A stretch of DNA of 64,000 nt, from assembly GCA_017428215.1 (NCBI GenBank), contig JAFRRH010000014.1, positions 10,112-74,111 on the forward strand, read 5' to 3'. The notes beneath the pieces were generated by a model that made no database searches, was not told where the DNA came from, and saw only the letters and a program-made list of their open reading frames with translations. A program made the translations under genes and the position numbers. Positions 17,412 to 27,094 of this stretch are shown here, piece by piece; position 1 is the stretch's first letter, and every line of letters starts with the position of its first letter. The stretch is from Selenomonadaceae bacterium. GTDB taxonomy: Bacteria > Bacillota > Negativicutes > Selenomonadales > Selenomonadaceae.

Positions 17412-18083
17412 TTATTTCCTCATCGCGCAATCCAGTTTGTTACACGTCGCACAAGATTTTTTCTGCGAAGATTTTTTTTGCGCGGAAATTTTTTCCAATC
17501 CGATAATCGCCGTAACAGATTTGCGCGGCTCCAACATCATTGCTGAAGTTAAGCTCATGCCGATTTTTTCTGCGCCGCTGATTTTAAAAAGTTTATCCTG
17601 CTCTGTCAATTTCCAATCGCCATAACCGGGACTGAACCGCCAACGCATTTTATAACCGTCCTTAGAAAACTTCGCCGCAAAATTTTTCTCCATTAAATCA
17701 GCCGCTTGCTCAACTGCACAAGTTGCCGCCGCATCTAAAAGTACCGAGCTTAAATATTCTCCGCGCTCAAATTTTTTATTAATCTCGCGTTCGATTTCCG
17801 CGCCGACTGTTACCGCCATACAGATAACTTTTTCGCAACCGTCGAGGTGTTTTATAATCGAATTGCCGACGATTGTAAAGGGCGGCTCACTCGCGACGGT
17901 CTGATTGCAATAATCGTAGACTTCCCACGCGCCGCGCACTTCAATCAACAGTAAAGCCTCTTCGCAAGCCTCGCGAATATTTTTTTCGCCAAAATCTTGC
18001 GCCTTCCTCAAGCCCGCGTATCGTCGGGTTTCCGCCGCGTCAATTTCTAAAATCTGCGCGTTATATATCGGCAAGTCAATCAC
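17412..18083 (-). CDS. methionine synthase (MetH) activation-domain-like protein
   Basis: Pattern RRYAGL..., RWRFSPGYGDW, PRKSVTAIIGL as remembered from stand-alone Met_synt_B12-domain proteins of Firmicutes. Confidence 0.65.
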   Translation of the reverse strand: MIDLPIYNAQILEIDAAETRRYAGLRKAQDFGEKNIREACEEALLLIEVRGAWEVYDYCNQTVASEPPFTIVGNSIIKHLDGCEKVICMAVTVGAEIEREINKKFERGEYLSSVLLDAAATCAVEQAADLMEKNFAAKFSKDGYKMRWRFSPGYGDWKLTEQDKLFKISGAEKIGMSLTSAMMLEPRKSVTAIIGLEKISAQKKSSQKKSCATCNKLDCAMRK

Positions 18084-18202
18084 TCCTTTATAAAAATTTT
18101 ATCGTCAAGTATTAAAAGCGTCAATAAAAATTTTTATCCCCGCGCAGGGCTTATATTTTTTTAGCCGCCATTTTATAATCCTTTCAAAGGAGATGTTTAC
18201 TT

Positions 18203-19732
18203 ATGAAAAAATTTTTAGCGGCAATCTGCGCGGCGGCGTTGCTGATGACGGGTTGCGGCGGCGGAGAAAAAACTTCTTCGACTGATGAAAAAACTTTTAC
18301 TTATGGAACGGTAGCTTACGGCGTGGCTATGGAGAACGTCGGCACTAATCCGCACGAAAGTTACAGCGGCTGGAGCACTATTCGCTACGGAATTGGCGAA
18401 ACTCTTTTTAAATTTAACGAGCACATGGAGCTTGAACCCTGGCTTGCAGAAAGTTTTGAGCAAGTTGATGACTTCACCGTAAAAATTAAAATTAACGACT
18501 CCGCGACCTTTAGCAACGGCAAAAAAGTTGACGGAGCCGCTGTTAAGAAATGTTTGGAGGCTTTAATTGCGAATCACGACCGCGCCCCACGCGACTTGAA
18601 AATTTCTTCGATTGAAGCCAACGGACAATTCGTTACGATTAAATCTTCAGAGAAAATGCCCGCGTTGTTGAATTATCTTAGCGACCCTTACGGCTGTATT
18701 GTAGACGTGGACGAGGGCGTTAAAGATAATATCGTTGTCGGCACGGGACCTTATAAAGCCGTCAAAGTCACCGACACGCAGATTGATTTAGTCAAGAACG
18801 AAAATTATTGGGGCAACGTCAAGCCGAAACTTGATAAAATTATCGTCAAGAGCATAACCGACGGCGACACGCTTACTATGGCTATGCAAAACGGCGAACT
18901 CGACGCGGTGCAAGGTTTGCCCTATTCCAGTCTGCAACTTTTTAAGGACGGCTATAAAATTTCGCAAGTAGAAACGTCCAGAGTTTATCAAGCCGCGTTC
19001 AATTTTAAGACTCCCGAATTGCAAGATTTAAATGTTCGTAAGGCAATTTCTATGGCGATTGATAAGGAAAATTTCACTAAAGTTTTGCTCAACGGCAACG
19101 GCGCACCCGCAATCGGACCTTTTCCCTCAAACTTGACTTTCGGCGGCGATAAAGTTCACTCGGTTGCTTACGACCTCGACGGCGCGAAAAAACTTTTAGC
19201 TGATTCCGGCTGGGCTGATTCTGATAATGACGGTTATGTTGACAAAAACGGCAAAAATCTTGAGCTGAACTATTTAACTTACACCTCGCGCCAAGAACTT
19301 CCTCTACTCGCCGAAGCCGCGCAGGCTAACCTAAAAAAAATCGGCATTAAACTCAACGTCAATGCCACTGATAATTATAAAACTTTTCTCAAGAACGGAG
19401 ACTACGATATTTTTTCTAAAGCTATCGTAACGGCTCCCACTGGCGACCCAGAATATTATTTTACAAGTCATATCGTGCCAGGCGCAGTTGATAATGCTGG
19501 TTTTTATGATAGCGAACAAATTGCCGCGCTAGAAAACGAATTGCACAATACTTTTGGTGCGGATAAACGTTCGGAGCTTGCGATTAAAATGTCTCAACAG
19601 GTTTTAGACGATTGCGCTTTGATTTACGCCTCGCATTTGCGCATGTCCTTTGTTATGAAAACTAATGTCGAAGGTTTTACCGCGCACCCCTCCGATTATT
19701 ACGAAATTACTGCCGCGCTCGACAAAAAATAA
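18203..19732 (+). CDS. ABC transporter substrate-binding lipoprotein, family 5 (peptide/nickel type)
   Basis: Lipobox LLMTGCGG. SBP_bac_5-like length and motifs. No cognate permease or ATPase adjacent. Confidence 0.88.
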   Translation: MKKFLAAICAAALLMTGCGGGEKTSSTDEKTFTYGTVAYGVAMENVGTNPHESYSGWSTIRYGIGETLFKFNEHMELEPWLAESFEQVDDFTVKIKINDSATFSNGKKVDGAAVKKCLEALIANHDRAPRDLKISSIEANGQFVTIKSSEKMPALLNYLSDPYGCIVDVDEGVKDNIVVGTGPYKAVKVTDTQIDLVKNENYWGNVKPKLDKIIVKSITDGDTLTMAMQNGELDAVQGLPYSSLQLFKDGYKISQVETSRVYQAAFNFKTPELQDLNVRKAISMAIDKENFTKVLLNGNGAPAIGPFPSNLTFGGDKVHSVAYDLDGAKKLLADSGWADSDNDGYVDKNGKNLELNYLTYTSRQELPLLAEAAQANLKKIGIKLNVNATDNYKTFLKNGDYDIFSKAIVTAPTGDPEYYFTSHIVPGAVDNAGFYDSEQIAALENELHNTFGADKRSELAIKMSQQVLDDCALIYASHLRMSFVMKTNVEGFTAHPSDYYEITAALDKK

Positions 19733-19737
19733 AAGTT

Positions 19738-21270
19738 TCAGTTGTCAATTTCAAAATCACTGCGGAGCTTGACTGCCTCGCCGATATGCCGCGCAGAAAT
19801 TAATTCCTTTCCGCCGTCCAAATCTGCAATCGTCCGCCCGACTTTAATAATCCTGTCGTAAGAGCGGGCAGAAAGTTTTTTAGTCTCGAAAACATTTTTT
19901 AAAAGATTTTCGGCGTCAGGCTCCAAAATGCACAATTTTTGAATCAGCGCATGGTTCATTTGTGCGTTGCAGAATAGATGATATTTTTCGAGGCGTTCAA
20001 TCTGAATTTTTCTTGCCGCCGACACTCGTTCGCGAATCACGCTCGACGGCTCATTTTTGCGTTTAGAGCTAAGTTCGTCGTATTTGACACGCGGCACGCG
20101 AATTTGAATATCAATTCGGTCAAGCAACGGTCCAGACAATCGGCGCGTATATTTTTTTATATCAAGCGTAGAACAGCGGCAGAAATGATCGGGGTCACCA
20201 TTCCAACCGCACGGACAAGGATTCATTGCGCAAATTAAAATCATACTACACGGGAAAGTTAGCGTCCCACTTACACGGCTGATTGTAATCTGTCTTTCTT
20301 CGAGCGGCTCGCGCAGAGCCTCCAGCGTAGTCTTTTTAAATTCTGGTAACTCGTCGAGAAATAAAACGCCGTTGTGCGCTAAGGTAACTTGTCCAGGCGT
20401 AGGATTAGTTCCGCCGCCGATTATAGCCGCCGTCGAGGAATCGTGATTCGGATTCTGAAAAGGTCGTTTAGTCATAAGCCCGCTACCTTGCGCCAATTTC
20501 CCCGCTATGCTGTAAATCTTCGTGACTTCTAAAGCTTCTTCGCGAGTCATTTCGGGCAAAATTGAACTCATGCGTTTGGCGAGCATAGTTTTTCCGGAAC
20601 CGGGCACGCCGACCATTAAAACATTATGCCCGCCCGACGCGGCAATTTCCAACGCCCGTTTAGCCATGAATTGGCCTTGCACGTCTGCAAAGTCGTCTAC
20701 AAGTTCGATAAAACCTTCCGGCTCGTTTATGGGTTGAGGTGTCGCGGGTTTAAGTTCAATTTCGCCGTCAATGAAGTCAACCAATTCGATTAAATTTTTC
20801 GGAGCGTAAACTTCTATGTTGTCAACTAAGAGAGCCTCGTTGATATTTTCCTGCGCGACGATTATTTTCTTAAAGCCTTGTTCGCGGGCGGTTATAGCTA
20901 TCGGCAAAACGCCCGTTACACTGCGCAAATTTCCTTCCAACGACAGCTCGGCTATAAATAAAAATTCCTCGCAAATTGACGGGCGTAATCTTCCCTGCGC
21001 GGCAAGCAAACCTATTGCTATTGGCAAGTCAAGTCCTGCGCTTTCCTTTTTAACACTTGCAGGCGCGAGGTTGATTGTAATTTTTTCAGCGCGGCTACGC
21101 AGTCCCGAATTTTTTATTGCAGTCCTCACGCGCTCTTTAGATTCACGGACGGCAGTCGAAGGTAAGCCGACAATATCAAAGGCGGGCATTCCGTTCGCGC
21201 TGTCAACTTCGACGCAAATTATCATTCCGTCAACGCCCTGCGTCGTCGCCCCAAATGTTCTTGCGTACAA
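19738..21270 (-). CDS. YifB/ComM-family Mg-chelatase-like ATPase
   Basis: Lon-like N-domain, Walker A GVPGSGKT, VLFLDELPEF, C-terminal ChlI domain. Confidence 0.93.
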   Translation of the reverse strand: MYARTFGATTQGVDGMIICVEVDSANGMPAFDIVGLPSTAVRESKERVRTAIKNSGLRSRAEKITINLAPASVKKESAGLDLPIAIGLLAAQGRLRPSICEEFLFIAELSLEGNLRSVTGVLPIAITAREQGFKKIIVAQENINEALLVDNIEVYAPKNLIELVDFIDGEIELKPATPQPINEPEGFIELVDDFADVQGQFMAKRALEIAASGGHNVLMVGVPGSGKTMLAKRMSSILPEMTREEALEVTKIYSIAGKLAQGSGLMTKRPFQNPNHDSSTAAIIGGGTNPTPGQVTLAHNGVLFLDELPEFKKTTLEALREPLEERQITISRVSGTLTFPCSMILICAMNPCPCGWNGDPDHFCRCSTLDIKKYTRRLSGPLLDRIDIQIRVPRVKYDELSSKRKNEPSSVIRERVSAARKIQIERLEKYHLFCNAQMNHALIQKLCILEPDAENLLKNVFETKKLSARSYDRIIKVGRTIADLDGGKELISARHIGEAVKLRSDFEIDN

Positions 21271-21298
21271 AAATTTACACTCCTTATCAAAACAGTTT

Positions 21299-24016
21299 TT
21301 AAGTATTGCTTCTATGCGGCAACCATTCCACTTTTATAATAATTTCTTGGAAGGCTGGTAATTTCACAGTGTAACGGTAAGGCTTATCATGCCAAGCCGA
21401 CTTGAGACTACCAAATATTTTCTTGTCGTTTATCGTCAATCTAGTGTAATCTATCCAGTAGGGAATTCGTTTAGATTTATCTTTGTTGTCGCGAACATCT
21501 ACTCCTTTAAGTTTCAAGGTAAATTGTCCGTTCGACGTGGCTTTAGCGAAAATTTCAATTTTGCCAGCGTATGAATGAATCACATAAGCAGTACCGTCTT
21601 TTTGGAACCAACTAGGTTTAACGACAGATGATTGATTGTCGGACACGTTAAGTATTTGCAAATCGCCCTCAGCTAATTCCGATAAAAATTCAATGTCCAA
21701 TCTGGCTGTAATATACGGTTTTAATCTATTGAGAAGTTTAGCATTATCGGAGCTTAATTTTCTGTCGTTGTCGATTACAGAGAAAAAGAACGGTACAGTT
21801 GCGTCAGAGATATACGCCGCTTTATTAAATTCATGATATAAAGTTTCGTAAACTTCAGGATTATTCATGGATCCTCGCGCTTCATTGGTACGATTGAGAC
21901 ACCATTCAAAGTGCCCGCCTCTTGTGGCTTCGTAGCAGTAATAAGGATTTTCTCTTAAGAATTCAGTTTTGTTTTGAAGATCGTTTAAAGCCCTTAAAAA
22001 GGCAACAAATGCTTCAACCCAATAAGATAATTGCTCGGAAGGCACTCTTGTTGCACGAGTTAGGGAAGTGGCATTATAACGCCTGTAGAAGTAAAGCGGC
22101 GTTGGCAGTCTCAAAAATCTATTCGCATATGCATAAACATTAATGCACCATACGCAATCGCCGCCCGTAATTATATCCGGAAAATGAATATCGTTTTTGA
22201 GTAAATAATCGCGGCGAACAAATTTTGACCACGGATGACGGAAATTTCCCTCGCCTGAACCAGGAGTTACAAATTGCTGGAAAATTTTATGTCTATCGTC
22301 TACCGTCAAATTAGTTTTGTCCTCAATGCCTTCTCTAGCCCACTTTCTACCTAAGCCGTCTCGTTGCAGATAAATATCATTGGGTTGTTTCAAGTTGTAA
22401 TAACTGCTGGAATAGACAACTTCGGCGTCATGTTCTTTTGCGGCATTGTATAAAGTTTCCAAAGCTGAACCCAAAAGGAAATCGTCGGCGTCTAAGAAAA
22501 TGACATACTCGCCACTAGCAAGCGACAAGCCCAAATTGCGCGGAATATAACCGCCACCGCCCGAATTCTTTTTAGTCCGTGTAAGTTGAAGGCGTCCGTT
22601 AAATTTTGGCGCATATTCTTCGACAATTTTAACGCTGTCATCAGTTGAACAATCGTCAGCAACGATAACTTCAAAATCCGTGAACGTCTGAATTAAAAGG
22701 CTATCGAGGCAGTCTCTGATATATTCTTCCGCGTTGTACATGGGGACAACAACCGATACGGCGCATGAATTAGGCTTAACAACATTGACTGGCGGCGGCG
22801 CGGGCATAACTAAATCATCGTAATTAATTTGGAGCAGAGAAGGTATTTCCGTCAAATTAGATTGTTCTTTTTTAAGGCGGCTAACTTCATTTATCAAATA
22901 TTTAATCTCGTCTTCAAGTTCAACAATGCGCTGTTTATCTTTTTGCGAGGCTTCGTTGAGGCTTTTAATTTTACGTTGACTTTCCCGCGACTCATCATCA
23001 CAAATAAACATACGAGTGCAAAGGTAAGAAATTAAAAGATTTTGCTCGCCGTTATCTTTAGCGAATTCATTAAGAAAAATTTCGTAGACTTGATTAATTG
23101 GCAACTCTTTACAGACGGGATATATCACGTTAAACGAGTGGCGCGTTGAGAGGTGTTGAAATACTTTATAGCGATATTCGGGATTGTCGCGGAAGAAATC
23201 CAATTTGTCCATAAAATTATTCACAAACTGCAAGCCACGAATCGTTATGTCCATCCATTGGTGAATGTGTCTGTTCGGGGATTTCTTACTGCTTTTGGTA
23301 AAAGATTCGTCGTACATGCGCCGTATATAGCAAGAATTCGGCACGCGCAAAAATTTTTTCGCAAAACATAAAACCGCCAAGCACCAAACAACGTCATCGG
23401 AGCCAATAATTACTGGGAAATTTATATTGTTGTCGGCGAGCAATTTACGCGATACTAATCTTTGCCACGGCGTAACCCAAAATTTTCTTTGAAATAATTC
23501 CTCTAATCTGTCAGCCAAATTGTCAGAGATAAATGTTGGCTTATCGACAAAGCCGCCAATTTGTATGCTACCGTCAGCAGGGTGAACATTTCTAACAAAT
23601 TCTTTACCTACGCCCGTTGACATGAAATATTTTTCGCAATAGACAACATCGGCGTCGTATTCTTTGGCGAGACCGTACATTTCCTCAAGGGCGGTTTCAG
23701 TAAACACGTCGTCAGAGTCCATAAAAAAAATATATTCGCCGCGGGAAATGAGGAACCCCTTATTGCGAGGCGCAGGAGCACAGCCAGAATTTTTATCCAT
23801 CTGTAGAAGTTTCAAGCGACCGTCAAATTTCGGAATGTAACTTTCGACGACCTTATAACTTGAATCGGTGGAGCAATCGTCAACAACAATTACTTCAAAA
23901 CTTGTAAGAGTCTGAATCAAAATACTGTCGAGAGCTTCGCCGATATATTTTTCCGCGTTATACACAGGAATAATAATTGAAATTGCCGGTGCAGTTGAAT
24001 CCGTAGTTTTCGCCAT
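21299..24016 (-). CDS. bifunctional glycosyltransferase: GT2 domain, short coiled coil, GT2 domain, ~200-aa C-terminal domain
   Basis: Two copies of (I/V)PxYNAExYI...DDCSTD...F(M/L)D(S/A)DD. A heptad-like segment RKIKSLNEASQKDKQRIVELEDEIKYLINEVSRLKKE lies between them. Confidence 0.85.
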   Translation of the reverse strand: MAKTTDSTAPAISIIIPVYNAEKYIGEALDSILIQTLTSFEVIVVDDCSTDSSYKVVESYIPKFDGRLKLLQMDKNSGCAPAPRNKGFLISRGEYIFFMDSDDVFTETALEEMYGLAKEYDADVVYCEKYFMSTGVGKEFVRNVHPADGSIQIGGFVDKPTFISDNLADRLEELFQRKFWVTPWQRLVSRKLLADNNINFPVIIGSDDVVWCLAVLCFAKKFLRVPNSCYIRRMYDESFTKSSKKSPNRHIHQWMDITIRGLQFVNNFMDKLDFFRDNPEYRYKVFQHLSTRHSFNVIYPVCKELPINQVYEIFLNEFAKDNGEQNLLISYLCTRMFICDDESRESQRKIKSLNEASQKDKQRIVELEDEIKYLINEVSRLKKEQSNLTEIPSLLQINYDDLVMPAPPPVNVVKPNSCAVSVVVPMYNAEEYIRDCLDSLLIQTFTDFEVIVADDCSTDDSVKIVEEYAPKFNGRLQLTRTKKNSGGGGYIPRNLGLSLASGEYVIFLDADDFLLGSALETLYNAAKEHDAEVVYSSSYYNLKQPNDIYLQRDGLGRKWAREGIEDKTNLTVDDRHKIFQQFVTPGSGEGNFRHPWSKFVRRDYLLKNDIHFPDIITGGDCVWCINVYAYANRFLRLPTPLYFYRRYNATSLTRATRVPSEQLSYWVEAFVAFLRALNDLQNKTEFLRENPYYCYEATRGGHFEWCLNRTNEARGSMNNPEVYETLYHEFNKAAYISDATVPFFFSVIDNDRKLSSDNAKLLNRLKPYITARLDIEFLSELAEGDLQILNVSDNQSSVVKPSWFQKDGTAYVIHSYAGKIEIFAKATSNGQFTLKLKGVDVRDNKDKSKRIPYWIDYTRLTINDKKIFGSLKSAWHDKPYRYTVKLPAFQEIIIKVEWLPHRSNT

Positions 24017-24020
24017 TAAA

Positions 24021-25256
24021 TCAATCCTCCTTAAAAATTTTCATTTCTACGAATCGGCGAATGCGTGCCTTGTGAATCCATTTGCCGACTTCGGAGCCTT
24101 TAAGTTCGGGTGGTGCGTCCTTACCGCCTATTTTCAACAACTCGTCAATAATTTCCTGCGCGTGCTCAAGATAAAATGGTAAGCCGTGATTGTCAAGGTT
24201 AATTATGTCGCAGAAATCTTTCACGCCGAGTTTCAAGCCGTTTAGTTTTAATAGCAGATCAACGATTTTTCCGGACTTTTTAAGACGCGCTGCCCGCATG
24301 TGTTCATGTATGACGAATGCCGCCGATTTTTTCCATTCGTTAGGTAAAGTCATTCGTTGATTCATTTGGTTTAGGACATCAAGCCCGCGCTTTTCGTGAT
24401 GATAATGGTGCGGAAGCATTTCGGGTGGCGTGGTGCCCTTGCCTATGTCGTGCATAAGTGCCGCGAATCTAACCATTGGCTTGGAATTAATTTTCGCCAC
24501 GTCATCGACAATTTTTAATGTGTGTTCGTAAGAGTCGCCTTCGGGGTGATGAGCTGTCGGCTGAATTTTTCCGCGCAGAGCGTTAATTTCTGGAAAAGTT
24601 ATTTCAAGTAAATTCGCCCGCTCCAAACTCCTAAAAAAAATCGACGGCTTGTCGGTTTTAAGTGCGGTTTCCAGCTCGTCGAAAATTCTTTCTGTTGGCT
24701 CGTGTGCAAGTTCTTCGCCACAACGTCGCATTGCCTCGATTGTCTCCGCGCAGATTTCAAAATTAAATTGCGCCGATTGTCTTGCCGCCCTCAATGCCCT
24801 AACTGGGTCGTCGGTGAAATGTTCGCTAACAGCGCGAATTTTTTTATTTAGAACGTCTTCGCGCCCGCCGAATGGGTCAATAAGCTCGCCGCTTAAAAGT
24901 TCAATCGCCATAGCGTTAATCGTCGTGTCACGTCGAAATAAATCTTGCTCAATCGTCACATTCGGCGCAAATAAAATTTCAAAGCCGCGATAACCCACAC
25001 CGACTTTTTTTTCAGTGCGGGCAAAAGCGACCTCGCAAAATTTTCCGTCAATCTCAACGGAATAAACAGGAAAAGACTTGCCGAACTTCGCCGCATTTGG
25101 GAAGGCTTCAGCAAAAATTTTTTCGTCAACGCCCGTTACGCAATAATCTCTGTCATGCGCCTCTACACCGCGAAATTTATCACGAACCGCGCCGCCGACA
25201 AGATACGCCGTGCCGCCAAGTTCGTGAATTTTTTTTGCAAAGTCAAACTCGATCAT
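24021..25256 (-). CDS. cca: CCA-adding tRNA nucleotidyltransferase with HD domain
   Basis: YLVGGAVRD, RDxTINA, HDIGK motifs. ATG at 25256 preceded by GGAG. The ORF-track TTG at 25304 is less likely. Confidence 0.9.
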   Translation of the reverse strand: MIEFDFAKKIHELGGTAYLVGGAVRDKFRGVEAHDRDYCVTGVDEKIFAEAFPNAAKFGKSFPVYSVEIDGKFCEVAFARTEKKVGVGYRGFEILFAPNVTIEQDLFRRDTTINAMAIELLSGELIDPFGGREDVLNKKIRAVSEHFTDDPVRALRAARQSAQFNFEICAETIEAMRRCGEELAHEPTERIFDELETALKTDKPSIFFRSLERANLLEITFPEINALRGKIQPTAHHPEGDSYEHTLKIVDDVAKINSKPMVRFAALMHDIGKGTTPPEMLPHHYHHEKRGLDVLNQMNQRMTLPNEWKKSAAFVIHEHMRAARLKKSGKIVDLLLKLNGLKLGVKDFCDIINLDNHGLPFYLEHAQEIIDELLKIGGKDAPPELKGSEVGKWIHKARIRRFVEMKIFKED

Positions 25257-25331
25257 ACTAAACTCCATGAAAATTTTTATCGCATTATACATCAAACGCC
25301 GCAATTAGGCTACTTTGTTCAAATATTTTTC

Positions 25332-25360
25332 TTGACGCTGCGAACTTCGGCGAATATAAT
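25332..25360 (+). promoter_or_regulatory. promoter of the TetR-HlyD-ABC2 operon, with a 5-3-5 inverted repeat over the -10
   Basis: TTGACG, 17 nt, TATAAT. CGAAT-ATA-ATTCG (25351..25363) is a possible TetR operator. Confidence 0.55.
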
Positions 25361-25409
25361 TCGTTTAATGATACCGTTCAAGAAATTTAAAGTACTCGGA
25401 GGAAAAACT

Positions 25410-25961
25410 ATGGAGGAGAAAATAATTTCCGCCGCGCTGGAGGAAATGAAAGTTCACGGTTTCCGATTCACTATGGACGACTTGACGCGACGACTTCACA
25501 TGAGCAAAACTTTTTTGTACAAACAGATTGAGTCTAAGGAAAAACTCGTCGCCAAAATCCTTGATTACTTGATGGCAAAATTTGAGCGAGAGGAAAAATT
25601 AATTTCGGAGAGCGAATTGCCTTTGCCGGAAAAATTGATTTACTTCGTCCGCGCCTATGCCAAAACTTTTCAATTCCTAGACCACGGCATTTATACCGAT
25701 CTGCAAAGTTCCTACCCACAAGAGTGGCGGCGTTGGGAAAATTTTCGTCGGCAAAAGGTCGAAGTATTTTTACGGCGCATTCGGCAAGGTATTGATAAAG
25801 ACATTTTTCGCCCGATAAATCTAGCGGTCGTCGAAAGATTTTTACTGGTCATGTCGTCGAGTTTAGCAGACGAATCTTTTTTGCGCGAGAACGATTTGAC
25901 TTACGCACAGGCAATCGAAAGCATGAGCGACTGGATGTTTCACGGCTTCATAAAAAAATAA
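25410..25961 (+). CDS. TetR-family transcriptional regulator
   Basis: ATG after GGAGGAAAAACT. N-terminal HTH FRFTMDDLTRRLHMSKTFLYKQIESKEKL. Confidence 0.85.
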   Translation: MEEKIISAALEEMKVHGFRFTMDDLTRRLHMSKTFLYKQIESKEKLVAKILDYLMAKFEREEKLISESELPLPEKLIYFVRAYAKTFQFLDHGIYTDLQSSYPQEWRRWENFRRQKVEVFLRRIRQGIDKDIFRPINLAVVERFLLVMSSSLADESFLRENDLTYAQAIESMSDWMFHGFIKK

Positions 25962-26052
25962 TCTTGAAATTTTCGGGCGACTCAACGCCCAATTATTTTT
26001 ACTCGTTAGGATACTCAATAAATCAATTTAATTACTTGGAGGCGCAAATAAA

Positions 26053-27090
26053 ATGCAAACGGAAGAATTAGCTCGGCAATACAGAAAATATCGGAACGCG
26101 CTGAAAATTTTAACGCTAGTGCTGATAATCTCGGTCGGCTTCGGAATTTTTTATTGGCAAGTCACGGCGGCGAAAGCTGAAGTCGTCGAAACTTGGGGCA
26201 TGGCAGACGCAAAAGAAATAAACATCAATTCCAAAGTCACGGGGCGCGTCGTGAAACTTTTCGTCGATGAGGGGGCGCACGTCGAAAAGGGGCAACTGAT
26301 AGCTAAAATTGACAGCGACACTCAAGAACCTCAACAACGTTCGGCGCAAGCAAATTTGGCGGCGCAATACGCTCAACTTCAGCAAGTGATAATTTCCTCG
26401 CGAAATTTGGAGGAGACACTCAACGCAAGTTTGCGGGCGGCTCTGGCTCACGAGGCTCAAGCACAAACAGCATTGGATTTGGCGGCGAAGGACGAGGCTC
26501 GTTATCGCGAACTTTTGGCGGCGGAGGCGATACCCGCGCAGACTTACGACACTTATCAATCGAAACTGGAAAATGCTCAAGCAGTATTCGTAGCGGCTCA
26601 AGCGGAAGTCGAAAGTGCAAGAGCAAACCTCCTCAAGAACGATGAAAACAAAGCTCTCGAACTTGCGGCAAGAGAACAGGCGGCGGCTTTGCAAGGACAA
26701 CTCGACGCGGTCAACGTCATGCTCGGCGAGACGGAAATTTTAGCGCCATTCGCGGGCGTCGTCACAAAAAAATTCGCCGAAGAAGGAATGCTCATATCAA
26801 CTTCGGTGCCGCTCTATTCTCTGCAAGATGTAAATGATAATTGGATTGACTTCAAGGTTGACGAGACCGCGTTGAAAAATTTTTCTTTGGGCGAATCGAT
26901 AACTTTGGAAGGACGCGACGGCTCAACGAAAATTTTCGGGACGGTAGAAAGCATTCGATGCAAAGCCGACTTCGCGACGCAAAAGGCTACTTCCGAACGC
27001 GGCGACCCCGACATTATCGCCTTCAATGTAAAAATTCGCACGAACAATCCCGGCGTTTGGCCCGGCATGAGATTTAGAATTTTGAGGTAA
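26053..27090 (+). CDS. HlyD-family membrane fusion (periplasmic adaptor) protein
   Basis: N-terminal TM, long Ala/Gln-rich coiled-coil hairpin, barrel-sandwich motifs (ILAPFAGVV). Confidence 0.9.
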   Translation: MQTEELARQYRKYRNALKILTLVLIISVGFGIFYWQVTAAKAEVVETWGMADAKEININSKVTGRVVKLFVDEGAHVEKGQLIAKIDSDTQEPQQRSAQANLAAQYAQLQQVIISSRNLEETLNASLRAALAHEAQAQTALDLAAKDEARYRELLAAEAIPAQTYDTYQSKLENAQAVFVAAQAEVESARANLLKNDENKALELAAREQAAALQGQLDAVNVMLGETEILAPFAGVVTKKFAEEGMLISTSVPLYSLQDVNDNWIDFKVDETALKNFSLGESITLEGRDGSTKIFGTVESIRCKADFATQKATSERGDPDIIAFNVKIRTNNPGVWPGMRFRILR

Positions 27091-27094
27091 CGTC

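Noticed and set aside
26116-26700. 194-aa minus-strand ORF
   Set aside because: It is antisense to the HlyD-family gene, whose coiled-coil Ala/Gln-rich codons keep the opposite strand open. No RBS or motif was found.
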